This document shows positions 14,053 through 27,500 of a stretch of DNA of 64,000 nucleotides, in pieces. The position numbers and the translations under genes are program-made. Under the pieces are notes generated by a model that was given only the letters and a program-made list of their open reading frames with translations, was not told where the DNA came from and ran no database searches. The DNA is taken from assembly GCA_032718475.1 (NCBI GenBank), contig JAUCBJ010003773.1:107448-171447 (forward strand), given 5' to 3'. The first letter of the stretch is position 1; each line of letters opens with the position of its first letter. The stretch comes from Nemertoderma westbladi. Its lineage: Eukaryota > Animalia > Xenacoelomorpha.

Positions 14053-14659
14053 TGTGACTTGAGTTGTGTCAAAGGTTATAAGGCATGGCCTAATATATAT
14101 TCTGTATGTGATATATTGGTGGAGGTTGTCCGTACCGGTACGGTTATTCGGTCTTTTGTGTGTGGTTTGTATTCGGTCATATTGCTGGAGTATACTGTTA
14201 TACAGTCAGAAGTTATTAGTAAAGAATTGGAATTAGTTATTTTGACAATGGTAGCAGAGCGTTTTGTCGTCGTATGTATGTTGTAAATTAATTCCTGAAT
14301 TGCAGAATTAATTGCTGTATTTTGGATCAATACTAGATTTGGATACCGTGTTGCCGGTAGGTTGCCGTGTATACCTAGATACACAGTACCGGTAGTACAC
14401 GGCCGTATACAGTAAATCAGTAAATGCTGAAATGTTCAGACTGCGGTAGGCGGCTTATCCACGGATTGACAGATCCGAATGACAGTTCTATGGTAATAAT
14501 TAAATTTATCTAGCTGCTAGCCCACCACTGTAGCAGTGTAGGGCTATTGAATTTATTTATAATAGGCCTACTGCTGCATGTTTAACAATAAAGTTCTATT
14601 GGACTAGGCCTAGCAGAATCAGCCTACAGGCTTAGGCCTACTCAAACTGCGATACCGGT

Positions 14660-15934
14660 ATGTCTGAAGGCGAATGTCGGCGTAAGCCGCCTAAACTAGA
14701 GAAAGACTATAAAGAATGGGTCAAACTTGTTAGGATGTGGTCTAGAGTAACAACTGTTAAAAAGAAAAATCAGGCCTATGAGGTTATTCTGTCATTCCCG
14801 GATGGAGAGGCACGATCTGCATGTGTGGCAATAGATGATGCAGAATTAGATTCTGAGGTAGGCCTTGAGGCAATTGTGAAAGAATTGGATAAACTGTACC
14901 TTAAAGACGAACAAACACAGGGGTATGAGGCATGGATAAAATTAAAATCATTCGCCAAAACAACTGACATAAATTTCCAGGGATATTGCAGTCAGTTTTC
15001 TAGGCTGAGAAAGGAAGCAAAGGAATTTGATGTAGAGGTAAGTGAAACCACTTTTGCCTACATGTTGCTTGATAGTGCGGGTTTGGGAAAACAACAAAGG
15101 CTGTTAGTTTTGTCAGTTGCAATGAGTGCTGCCCATGGTGCTAAAGTAAGTCCAAATCATGTGGAATCTGCACTAAGACGGTTAACAAATTCGATTAAAG
15201 GCAAAGACGAAGAGGATGTACTACAAACAGCTTGTTTTGAGGACAACGAGACTGAAGTTGTAAGTGATAATGAATTTGATGTTTCTGAATATCAAAAATG
15301 GTTTCATGGATTAACAGAACAAGATAGAGCTCAAGTTTTTGAATCAGCATTTATTTCCGATCAAGGTACCGGTAGGTCAAAGCGATTACAGAGGAATTAT
15401 TTCGTAGGCCGCTCGAGAGTTCCATATCAACGCTATTCTCGGGGTAATGCTTCTTTAAATTACATTAGGGAACCGAACCCCATAGATAAAAGGTCAAATG
15501 AACCTATGAAGTGTTTGAGTTGCGGAAGTATTTACCATTTAATCAAGAACTGCAACTCCAAATACCGTAATGAATATGTAAACATTAGTACTGGAAATGG
15601 CAATAACTCTGCAGATTCAATGAATAGAAAAGAAAGAAATGAAATTGCTGAAGACATATATCATATTGAGAGCACCTTTGCTATGATTGGTGGAATGGAT
15701 TGTGATTCAGAGTGCTGGGCAATTATTGATTCAGCAGCAACAAAATCTGTTTGTGGTACAATATGGTACAATAAATTTCGATCTATATTATTCAACAAAT
15801 TCGGATTGGTTCCTGAGGAATCCAAAACAACATCTGTATATAAATTCGGTCATGGAGGGATACGAAATGCAGTATTTTCCTCAAAGTTACCTATATATCT
15901 CTATGGAAAAAGCCAAAAACGTGTTTGCCATTAG
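14660..15934 (+). CDS. gag: Copia Gag plus N-terminal half of aspartic protease
   Basis: Zinc knuckle CLSCGSIYHLIKNC; protease motif AIIDSAATKSVCG; ORF breaks off after LPIYLYG. Confidence 0.85.
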   Translation: MSEGECRRKPPKLEKDYKEWVKLVRMWSRVTTVKKKNQAYEVILSFPDGEARSACVAIDDAELDSEVGLEAIVKELDKLYLKDEQTQGYEAWIKLKSFAKTTDINFQGYCSQFSRLRKEAKEFDVEVSETTFAYMLLDSAGLGKQQRLLVLSVAMSAAHGAKVSPNHVESALRRLTNSIKGKDEEDVLQTACFEDNETEVVSDNEFDVSEYQKWFHGLTEQDRAQVFESAFISDQGTGRSKRLQRNYFVGRSRVPYQRYSRGNASLNYIREPNPIDKRSNEPMKCLSCGSIYHLIKNCNSKYRNEYVNISTGNGNNSADSMNRKERNEIAEDIYHIESTFAMIGGMDCDSECWAIIDSAATKSVCGTIWYNKFRSILFNKFGLVPEESKTTSVYKFGHGGIRNAVFSSKLPIYLYGKSQKRVCH

Positions 15935-17172
15935 CTGAGGTTTTTAACAGCTGCATAGCAATGGATTTAACTGATTGGATTAACCCAAACGACTGCCAGA
16001 AATATAAACTTTTGCATATTATAGACATAGCTACAAGATATTCAGTTGCTCAGTTTGTTAAGGATAAGAATCCCGAGAGTATTATTGCAGGAATCTGTAA
16101 GCGGTGGGTGAGTGTATTTGGTCCGCCAATGCATTTTTTCCATGATAATGGTGGTGAATTTACAGCATATGTTATTCTCAGACTTGAACAAAAATTCAAT
16201 TGTAAAGATGTTTCTACTGCTGCTTATTCTCCGTTTAGTAACGGAATTTGCGAGAGGCATAATGGATTGCTAAAGGAAACCTTAACAAAAACAGTTCTTT
16301 CAGATAAAACCATTTCAGTAAGTTTGGCTTTAGATTATTCGATATATGCTAAGAACTGTTTATATGATAGTGATGGTTTCTCGCCTAGTCAAAGAGTCTT
16401 TGGTAGAAATCCTAGAGTACCTTTGTTAGAAGAAGATGATTTGTTTCAAGTGCAAGCATCCGATAAGTGTGATTGGGATGATCCTATTCGTGACCAAATG
16501 AATGTTCTGTTTACCACTCGCAAGGCTTATATTTCTTCTGAGGCAAGTCGAAGACTGAAAACTGCTTTAACTCATAAGGTCACCACTCCGAGTGAGAATG
16601 TATCATCTGGACAAATTGTTTATTACTGGAGAGACAACGTTTCAAAAGAAAAGCGAGGTTGGAAGGGGCCAGGCATTGTAATAGGTCGAGATGGACCTAC
16701 AATTCTCGTTAAACATGGTATAAACGTTATTAGAATTCACAGAATTCATATTAGAAAGTCAGAACCTATCAATGATGACGAAAGTTGCTGTGATGAAGAT
16801 TATTGTAATAATAATAAAATGGATGAGAGTGAAAGAGTGAAGAAACTAACAAATGCTGTTATTAATCTAGATAATAATGGAGATGATGTGACAATTCCTT
16901 TACCAGTAGTTGGTGAAAATAAACAAATTTTGTCGAAAACTGTTGATGTTGACCTTGAGGGAGGCATACAGAATACAGCTGATAGAGTTGAAGGTGGTGC
17001 TAAAGATTTATCAACACATACATTATCGAGGGAGGTAAAGAATTTAAAAATAGATTCTAAACATTTTGATGAAATGGGTGGTTTACAACGTTCACAGCGA
17101 ACTAGATTACCTCCGAAAGTGTATGGTATTGATGAAGTCTTGGAAACATCTTGTTGTTTGATCCTGAATTAG
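15925..17172 (+). pseudogene. Copia integrase core (HHCC zinc finger missing, out of frame with gag-PR)
   Basis: IAMDL...HDNGGEF...SPFSNGICERHN (D,D35E) and WKGPGIVIG. Confidence 0.85.
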
Positions 17173-18650
17173 TAATGGAAGCAAAGCTGAAGGAATTGGA
17201 GAATTGGAGAGAATTTAAAGTCATTGAGGAAGTTTCTGTTTCGAAAAACACAGTTCCTTTAATATCATCCAGATTTGTTATTACTGAAAAATCAGAAAGT
17301 GCAGGAGAGGAGACCCATATCAAGGCACGGTTAGTTATCAGAGGCTTTCAGGATAACAAAAATGATATTGAAACGACTATGTCTCCGACAATAGACAAAG
17401 GTGTATTGCGTTTGGTGTTATCCTTGTTGCCTACCTTAAATTGGAAACCAAAATCGATAGATATAAGACGAGCTTTTTTGCAGAGCCCACTAGACCGAAA
17501 TGTTTATGTGATACCACCTAAGGAGGCAAATGTACCTGAAGGTAATTGTTGGAAACTCAAGAAAGCTGCCTATGGGTTAGCAGATGCTCCTCGTAAATTT
17601 TATGAGAAAGTCCTTAGTATAATGACTGAGATTGGAATGGAGCAGAGTAGGGATGATCCCTGTTTATTTTTCTGTATTAAGGACAACAAGCTTGAAGGAC
17701 TATTATGTATATATGTAGACGATTTTATTTATGGAGGTTCATATGAATTTGAAGAGAGAATAATTGGAAACATAAGAAAGAAACTGTTGGTTGGTGAGGA
17801 AAATATATCAAATCATCTGAAATTTGTTGGAATGGATATTCGTACAGAAAGTTGTGGGGATTCTTTTGAATTACATGTTTCACAGATCAATTATATTGAT
17901 GGAATACATCAGATTAACTTACCTAAAAGACCCGATGATAGTGTCTTGCTCAAAGAAGAAGTAAGGGAATTGAGATCATTAATTGGAGCATTACAATGGT
18001 CTGCCACAGTAACACGACCGGATCTATCATATGGTGTATCAAATATCATGTCTCAGGTTGAAAATGCTACTGTAAAAACTCTGAAAGAAGCAAATAAACT
18101 TCTTAGAAGATGTAAAGCATTTTCCCCTTCAAAGATTGTGTACCAAAAATTGGAGGATCTTCCTGTTCTAGAATGTTATACAGATAGCAGCTTTGGAACT
18201 GGCCAAAATGGAAGTAGCCAGGGTGGAGTCATATTGGCGATGTCATCTGGAAACAAATTTAATATAGTGACTTGGCAATCAAAAAAGATCCGACGTGTGG
18301 CACGTTCAACTTTCGCGGCTGAAACACTTGCAGCAGCTGATGGGATTGATATGTTGATGTTCTTGTCTGGTATTCTAAATGAGATTCATTTTCATGTTAA
18401 ACAAAAGCGTTTGAATACTGACTCGCAAAGTTTGGTTGATCATCTAAAGAGTGCAGATAGCAATGTCACTGAAAAGCGCCTTCGAGTGGATCTTGGAGCA
18501 TTAAGAGAGCTAACTGATGAGGTTGAAGTGAGATTCGTGCATACCAAACTCCAACTTGCTGATTGCCTGACTAAGAATATAAGTGGATATATCTTGTGGG
18601 AAGTTATGAACTGTGGTGTTTGGTATTCTGACACACAACTTAAAAACTAA
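17151..18650 (+). pseudogene. Copia reverse transcriptase and RNase H (separated from IN by a frameshift)
   Basis: KARLVIRGF, IDIRRAFLQ, AYGLADA, YVDDF, TRPDL, YTDSS, ADCLTK. Confidence 0.9.
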
Positions 18651-18851
18651 GATGAGTGTGACTTGAGTTGTGTCAAAGGTTATAAGGCATGGCCTAATAT
18701 ATATTCTGTATGTGATATATTGGTGGAGGTTGTCCGTACCGGTACGGTTATTCGGTCTTTTGTGTGTGGTTTGTATTCGGTCATATTGCTGGAGTATACT
18801 GTTATACAGTCAGAAATTATTAGTAAAGAATTGGAATTCGTTATTTTGACA

Positions 18852-21850
18852 CATCGAGCTGCACCCACAGCACGTTTAGCCCCACCCACAACACTTCGAG
18901 CCCCACCCACAGCACATCGAGCCCCACTCACAGCACATCGTGCCCCACCCACAGCACATCGAGTCCCACCCACAGCACATCGCGCCCCACCCAAAGCACG
19001 TCGTGCCCCACTCACAGCACATCGACCCCTATCCACAGAACATCGAGCCCCACTCACAGCACATCGAGACCCACCCACAGCACATCGAGCCGCACCCACA
19101 GCACGTTTAGCCCCACCCACAGCACACCAAGCCCCACTCACAGCACATCGTGCCCCACCCACAGCACATCGAGCCCCACCCACAGCACATCGAGCCCCAC
19201 TCACAGCACATCGAGCCCCACGAACAGCACACCGAACCCCACCCACAGCACATCGGGTGCCACCCACAGCACATCGGGTGCCACCCACAGCACATCGAGC
19301 GCCACCCACAGCACATCTAGCCCCACCCACAGCACATCGAACCCCACCCACAGCACATCGAACCCCAGCCACAGCACATCGAGCCCCACCCACAGCACGT
19401 TAAGCCCCACCCACAGCACATCGACCCCCACCCACAGCACATCGAGCCCCACACACAGCACATCGAGCCCCACCCACAGCACATCGTGCCCCACCCACAT
19501 CACGTTTAGCCCCACCCACTGCACATCGAGCCCTACCGACAGCACATCGAACCCCACCCACAGCACATTGAGCGCCACCCACAGCACATCGTGCCCCACC
19601 CACAGCACACCGAGCCACACCCACAGCACATCGAGCCCCACCCACAGCACATCGAACCCCAGCCACAGCACATCGAGCCCCACCCACATCACATCGAACC
19701 CCACCCACAGCACGTTAAGCCCCATCCACAGCACATCGATCCCCACCCACAGCACATCGAGCCCCACACACAGCACATCGAGCCCCACCCACAGCACATC
19801 GTGCCCCACCCACATCACGTTTAGCCCCACCCACTGCACATCGAGCCCTACCGACAGCACATCGAACCCCACCCACAGCACATCGAGCTCCACCCACAGC
19901 ACATCGTGCCCCACCCACAGCACGTTTAGCCCCACCCACTGCACATCGAGCCCCACCCACAGCACATCGAACCCCACCCACAGCACATCGAGCCCCACCC
20001 ACAGCACATCGAGCCCCACCCACAGCACATCGAACCCCACTCACAGCACATTGAGCGCTACCCACAGCACATCGTGCCCCACCCACAGCACACCGAGCCA
20101 CACCCACAGCACATCGAGCCCCACCCACAGCACATCATGTCCCACCCACAGCACACCGAGCCCAACCCACAGCACTTCGAGCCCCACCCACAGCACATCG
20201 AGCCCCACTCACAGCACATCGTGCCCCACCCACAGCACATCGAGTCCCACCCACAGCACATCGAACCCCACCCACAGCACATTGAGCGCCACCCACAGCA
20301 CATCGTGCCCCACCCACAGCACACCGAGCCACACCCACAGCACATCGAACCCCACCCACATCACGTTTAGCAACCACCCACTGCACATCGAGCCATACCG
20401 ACAGCCCATCGAACCCCACCCACAGCACATTGAGCGCCACCCACAGCACATCGTGCCCCACCCACAGCACACCGAGCCACACCCACAACACATCGAGCCC
20501 CACCCACAGCACATCGAGCCCCACTCACAGCACATCGTGCCCCACCCACAGCACATCGAACCCCACCCACAGCACATCGAGCCCCACCCACATCACATCG
20601 AACCCCACCCACAGCACGTTAAGCCCCATCCACAGCACATCGACCCCCACCCACAGCACATTGAGCCCCACACACAGCACATCGAGCCCCACCCACAGCA
20701 CATCGTGCCCCACCCACATCACGTTTAGCAACCACCCACTGCACATCGAGCCATACCGACAGCACATCGAACCCCACCCACAGCACATTGAGCGCCACCC
20801 ACAGCACATCGTGCCCCACCCACAGCACACCGAGCCACACCCACAGCACATCGAGCCCCACCCACAGCACATCGAGCCCCACTCACAGCACATCGTGCCC
20901 CACCCACAGCACATCGAACCCCACCCACAGCACATCGAGCCCCACCCACATCACATCGAACCCCACCCACAGCACGTTAAGCCCCATCCACAGCACATCG
21001 ACCCCCACCCACAGCACATCGAGCCCCACACACAGCACATCGAGCCCCACCCACAGCACATCGTGCCCCACCCACATCACGTTTAGCCCCACCCACTGCA
21101 CATCGAGCCCTACCGACAGCACATCGAACCCCACCCACAGCACATCGAGCTCCATCCACAGCACATCGTGCCCCACCCACAGCACGTTTAGCCCCACCCA
21201 CTGCACATCGAGCCCCACCCACAGCACATCGAACCCCACCCACAGCACATTGAGCGCCACCCACAGCACATCGTGCCCCACCCACAGCACACCGAGCCAA
21301 ACCCACAGCACATCGAGCCCCACCCACAGCACATCATGTCCCACCCACAGCACACCGAGCCCAACCCACAGCACTTCGAGCCCCACCCACAGCACATCGA
21401 ACCCCACCCACAGCACGTTAAGCCCCATCCACAGCACATCGACCCTCACCCACAGCACATCGAGCCCCACACACAGAACATCGAGCCCCACCCACAGCAC
21501 ATCGTGCCCCACCCACATCACGTTTAGCCCCACCCACTGCACATCGAGCCCTACCGACAGCACATCGAACCCCACCCACAGCACATCGAGCTCCACCCAC
21601 AGCACATCGTGCCCCACCCACAGCACGTTTAGCCCCACCCACAGCACATCGTGCCCCACCCACAGCACACCGAGCCACACCCACAGCACATCGAGCCCCA
21701 CCCACAGCACATCATGTCCCACCCACAGCACACCGAGCCCAACCCACAGCACTTCGAGCCCCACCCACAGCACATCGTGCCCCACCCACAGTACATTGTG
21801 CCCACTCACAGCTCATCATGCCCCACCCACAGCACATCGAGCCCCACCCA
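18852..21850. repeat. 21-bp minisatellite, right block (~140 units)
   Basis: Same consensus as the left block, with higher-order duplications (e.g. 358-bp period between 20371 and 20729). Confidence 0.97.
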
Positions 21851-21894
21851 TACTAGTGCACTAGTTAACATTCATGATATTTTATGTTTTTCAG

Positions 21895-22039
21895 ATTACT
21901 TTAGAGCTGTCGCATTCAGTATACTTTAACGATTCGCTCGGTAATGGAATATTGCACACGTTCAAGTACTTTCAGGAACTCGAGAACCTGTTAAACGAAT
22001 GTGTTTCTGAGCTGAGTAACATTCCACTGCCCATAAACG
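21895..22039 (+). CDS. Class B1 GPCR (calcitonin/DH31 receptor-like), exon with N-terminal helix and first ECD cysteine
   Basis: TTTTTCAG acceptor, GTTAGT donor. Reads ITLELSHSVYFNDSLGNGILHTFKYFQELENLLNECVSELSNIPLPIN-G. Phase-1 end matches the next exon. Confidence 0.75.
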
Positions 22040-22089
22040 GTTAGTTAGTTAACTAAATTTACCCTTTGTAACCTAATTTGCTTGCACCA

Positions 22090-22470
22090 TTTAGGTTAAG
22101 AATCGGTCTAACTTTCTACCTTCTTCCTTAGTCATTTTTGAGATTATAAACAGTTTAAAATCTTGACACCGATATTCGATCATCAAATCTGACAATCGGG
22201 TTTCGAATTCGATTCGATCGAGATTTGACGGGGGTTGTATGGTTATTCGTACCTTCCTTAGAGTTCGGATATTTACTTTCAGTTTCTAAATTACTATCAT
22301 TAAAATTCGAATCGCAAGCAGTTTCATTACTCCCATCTATAGGTTTGTTTTCAAAGTCGTATAAAACTTCTGTTTCTCCAAGTTGCACATCCAGATGGGA
22401 ACTTCAGTTGATAATCTCGCTTATGGCCGATGCCGACAATAGATACTTTCTGTAAGGAATCCTACAAATA
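22090..22470 (-). mobile_element. Gypsy-like integrase C-terminal remnant
   Basis: IVGIGHKRDYQLKFPSG and KSRSNRIRNPIVRF on the minus strand, followed by a purine tract. Confidence 0.45.
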
Positions 22471-22802
22471 AAATCGTGTTGACAATGAGTTATTGAGTGA
22501 TAAAATTTGAAACGGTTCTCACGATTTTCTTAATTTTTTGACCATAGATACATAGACGTAACCATAGATACATAGACCAAATGTAAGGTCGCTCGCAAAT
22601 GTTCTAATACGAATAGGACGCTCTGATTGGCCGAAGCTGAAACTCGAAAAATACAGTAATAAACGAAACTCGTCCATATTAGCTAGGAACATCCCTTACC
22701 TTAGTCTCAACAACAACCTGGGTTTAACAACCTAGTTTCAACAACCACGACTTGGTTGCGCCAGAGGTCTAGGAATGAGACTCGTTAACTCAATAAGCGC
22801 AC

Positions 22803-23107
22803 ACTGTTTATGTGTGCGCTGTTTATGTGTGCGCTGTTTATGTGTGCGTTGTTTATGTGTGCGTTGTTTATGTGTGCGCTGTTTATGTGTGCGTTGTTTA
22901 TGTGTGCGCTGTTTATGTGTGAGTTGTTTATGTGTGCGCTGTTTATGTGTGCGTTGTTTATGTGTGCGCTGTTTATGTGTGCGCTGTTTATGTGCGCGTT
23001 GTTTATTTGTCCGCTGTTTACGTGTGCGCTGTTTATGTGTGCGCTGTTTATGTGTGCGCTGTTTATGTGTGCGCTGATTATGTGTGCGCTGTTTATGTGT
23101 GCGCTGT
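22803..23107. repeat. 15-bp tandem repeat (~20 units)
   Basis: GCGCTGTTTATGTGT repeated. Confidence 0.97.
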
Positions 23108-24510
23108 AGGTATTTACTCAGAAGCTAGAGGGTTTGAAGTGAAACCATATTTGGCTTTTTCCATTTCATTGTTTATCATTTGTTCAAACTTGGCTAATAT
23201 CTGGGGATATACACACACAGTGAGGGAACATTAGTGAACAGACTGACGTAGGCGGACATTTTGAATTCCACGCGAACTCATTCAATTTTTTAATTTCAAA
23301 ATTAAGTGGAGATTATTAACATTTATCTCTCTCAGCATTTCAAAATTGTTTGGTTTTGGCTATAATATGGAATATAGGTGGGTTTGTAATAAATATTATT
23401 AAATTTGATTAACAAAAAATTTCGAAAAGTTGTCTGATACTTTTATGCAGGGTGGCTATGCAGACACCCACATAAAGTTTCAGACTAATTGCTCAAAAAT
23501 TGTAGAAGTAGTAGGGTTTTGAAGTTGACAATTTCATAAAAAAATATTTGGAGATAATCGACCTTTCATTATACATAGTAATACAGTAGTAATTGAAATA
23601 GGTCACCCTCCCTAAATGGAAATTGTTATAAATTGAAAACTAAAAGAGCTATTAAATAGCAGTTTTCAGATTTGGAAATACCATATAATCGTGCATTTTA
23701 ATAGATCATAAAAATAATTTCGATATATTTTGGACCAAAATGGTGCCCCCCCCCTCCCCCCTCCCCTTAAAATAAAGTGGTGCATAGGTGAATGGTCCTA
23801 GTTTGCCCTATTTACTAATTATGATTGTCTCGCTAAAAGGCTCGCCGTGACTGCGTTGCTCGCCCCACATTCATCCTAACGTATAATCATCCATACATTT
23901 ATTAATTAAAAAAGAATTGATATTTCACTTAAATTCAAAACCTAAGATTAAAATCTGGCAATAGCCATCAATGCATAATTAATATTTGAAGAATAATTGT
24001 TGTTTTATACTGCGCGTTGAAACATATGATTTTAGTATCAAGTAATATGAGTGGATTAGCGAGTTTTACTGGGGAAAAGGTAAGGATGAATTATAATCAT
24101 ATCGTTTGCCAAAACTATGTTTGATACACCAGTGCCAGAATCAAACAATAAATTTAACAATAAGTTGTTACTAACTTAGCAACAACAATAAACAAAAATA
24201 ACATTCACTTAGGTAAAGAAATTTATAAAGACTTTGTAAAGACATTATGGGATAAATATTTGACAAATTTTTCAATGGAATAATATTATTTTTATTTTAC
24301 ACAAATTTATTCTTAACTCATCGTAATTATCTTATGATTATAAGTTTATTTCTTAAGTTAGTCAATATAAATGGTAGTGATGGTAGTTAATATATTATAG
24401 AATTAAATAATTATTTAAAAATGATGCGCTGGTTAGTTTGTTTATAAGAAGCTTCATAAACCAATTTATAGTTGGTGCAACGCAAAATAAATTATGTTTT
24501 GATATCTAAA

Positions 24511-27500
24511 ATGGCGGCTTCCAGGGATTCCAGTGAAAGGTCACTAAGAATTAACCGAGGAAGATCGAAACATGGAGATCTGCCGCGTCAACTGGACCAG
24601 ATGATCGACCTCATATCAGAGGAAACTCAAGGTATTCATCTTATGGATCAGCACATTTTCGGCGAAGCTGACGTAGCCAATGAAAGCCTACGCAAAGAGT
24701 TAGAAGAAACACTTCTGGGGTTGAGAGAATACATGAAAAATGTAAAATCGCAAACTGAACGCCTCAATAAAGATTATGAATCTTTACTAAACAGCCATGA
24801 GAAAGATGAAAAAGTAATAAACGAATTAAGAAATGAAAATTCTAAACTTTCACTTTCAGTGGAAGATCAGAGGAAACAAAGTATCGAAAATGGTAAATTA
24901 TGTGAGAGGATTTTAGAAATAGAACAATCTAACAAAGAACTTAGTTTGCAACTTTCAAAGCAGCCGTCTACCAAGCAGATTGATAATTGGAAGCACTCAG
25001 AGAAAGAACTCACAGTATTGAAAGACACTACCTCTGCATTGGAAAAGGTTAATAAGGATTTAGTCAATCAAATACAAACTTTGACTGTTCAACAAGGTAT
25101 GTTAGAAAAAGAGGTGTCTCAAAATGAATCTACAAAAGAATATGTTAATGAGCTTATGATTGAAGTAGCAAATCTTGCGGCCACAAATGAGAAGTTGCAA
25201 GAAAGAATGGAAACCCAACATAGTGATTTTGAAACTCAGTTAGAAGGATATATTGACCCAAAACAATTGTTCACACAGATTCTACAATTGTGTGAATGTA
25301 TGTCCAAAGAAGAGTCCTGCACTTCTCTAAATAACGAAAACAACATATCATGTAGTCTACTATTGAGGATTCAAAATACATTTCAAAATAAATTATCAGA
25401 ATGGCATCAAGAAAGAGATCAATGCAATCATCAGCTGAATAAAGCTTCTCTAGAAATTAAAGCTTTATTAAGTAAAATGGAAGACATGGATGACAAATCA
25501 AAACATGAACTGCAAAAGGTAGTGCTGGATAAAATTGATGCCGAGGTTATCTGGCAAAATACTTTAGATTCTGTGAAGGTAAAGTTAGAATCTTCAGAAA
25601 GGGAAATGTCAACAATGCGAGCTCAAATGATTGAATTCACCAGCATAGAAACACAGCACATGCAGCAATGTAGTGATTATGAAAACACAATAAGTGAATT
25701 GCAAGAGAATTTAAAGAAAACAGATAAAAAGCTGAATACTTTAAAAGATGAGCATGCAAAGGTTCTAAATGACCATGGTGTACTTGTTGAGAACATGTTG
25801 ATAAAAACTGAAGGTTTGAATTCGGATATTCATAGACTAGAATCGGAAAATAATAATATGAATAATAAATTCGAAACAGAACATGAAGAAGTAAGACGAC
25901 TGGAAGAAGAAATCCATATTGCTGAAAATGAGATTGCAAAGAACTATGGAAATATTGATAATAATAACCAAACTATATCAGGGCAGGAGCAATTTATAAA
26001 AAAATTGAAGAAAGATATATCTGATAACAACAGAGAAACACAGCATCTACAATCCCACATTGATGGTCTCATATCACAGATAAGGGAAGGAGATGTTATA
26101 GGGAATCTAGGTGCCGAATTATCAAATATTAAAAGTCGCATGCAGCACCAAATGGAGCACATTAATGACCTAGCTGAAAATGTTGATTTTGTTAGAGAAG
26201 AATCAATTCTAGTCAAGTGCAACATACCTGAGCACCACTCAATGGAATTTAGAATTGAAAGTCTAAAGAAAAGCATTGGAAAATATCACAACACTGAGAA
26301 GCTAGATAATTTAATTCAGATTAAAAAAGATGAGCTCGAATCTATCAGTCTGTCTGTAAATCGTGAATCCGGTAATAGAATGAGGATAGAAAATGAATTA
26401 CATAATATGCAAGTTGAAAGAGATATGCTAGCTAATGATTTGGGAACACTTAGGCGTTCTCTCGATAGGAGTAAAGATATTAAGGATTTGCTTGATGAGA
26501 CAGATGTTAACAAAAATATTGAAATGCATGCCAAACTTATGGATGAAATAGAAACAATGGTTGAAACTTTCGAAAAAAGAGACAATGAACTACGGGAAAT
26601 TGAGAAAATAATAATTGAATATGAGGCGAGTTATCACAAACTTAATAAGGAGCTGTGTACTTTAAATAATAATATAACTGAACGAAAGGACGAATATAGC
26701 GACTTACAAGTTGTTTCTGAGGAACTACTTCATGAAAATGGTCAAATTTCAAATGAAGTAGCTTTAAAGAAGAAGCTGATATTAACACTATCAGAAGAAT
26801 TAATGCGTGTAGATAATGAAAGGATTACAACTGTAGATGATTTAAAGACTATACAGAAAACAATAACCTCTAAAAATTCTGAGTTTCAAGAGTTATCTAC
26901 TGATGTTAAAAAACTTAAAAACAGTATAGATATACTTAAAGTTCAGCATGAAGAATTATGTTCTACGGTAAAATATAATGAAATGGCTATTGTGGAAAAA
27001 AGGTCTTTGCTTTCTGAAATCGAAAACAAGTATCATTCTACGAAGACAGACCTTGCAACACATGAAATGGAAATTGGAAAACTGCGTTCGGAAAGGTCAC
27101 TTTTACAAGGTGATACTCACCAGAAACAATTAGAACTGAAGCGACTTATATCCGATGGAGATGATGAGTTGGATTCTATACATAAATCAATTAAAAACAA
27201 AGAAGCAGAATTTGATAATTTGCTAAAACATCAAGATGAATTGCAACTTCGAATTGTGGAGATGAAATCCGAAATTACCAAATTAACATCTCTAACAAAT
27301 ACTGAATCCAACAAACTTTCTGATCTCCAAGCAGCAAAGAAAATTTTAAATTCAGAATCCAAGCACCTGGAGGAACATTTAAGCTTAGAACGCATGGAAC
27401 TTTCTAATATCCGTGAACAACATTCAGAGAAACTTGTAGAACTAGAACAAGTGCATGGATCACTTTTAGAAGCTACTTCTGAGCTAGAACGAGTGCACAC

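Larger units (their letters stand above)
14053..18851 (+). mobile_element. Ty1/Copia LTR retrotransposon, GalEa-like, defective
   Basis: 195-bp TG...CA LTRs (14053-14247, 18657-18851) with 2 mismatches seen. 5-bp TSD CATCG (14048-14052, 18852-18856). PBS TGGTAGCAGAGC (14249-14260, tRNA-iMet). Domain order gag-PR-IN-RT-RH. Confidence 0.95.

Noticed and set aside
12342-21929. Dozens of mucin-like or His/Pro-rich ORFs (PTHSTSS, HPQHIEP, TAHRAPP, VLWVGLD)
   Set aside because: By-products of a stop-poor 21-bp (7-codon) repeat open in several frames on both strands; frames shift at unit indels and the array is split by a retrotransposon.
22775-23234. Cys-rich ORFs (CLCVR, CALFM repeats)
   Set aside because: Translation of a 15-bp tandem repeat.
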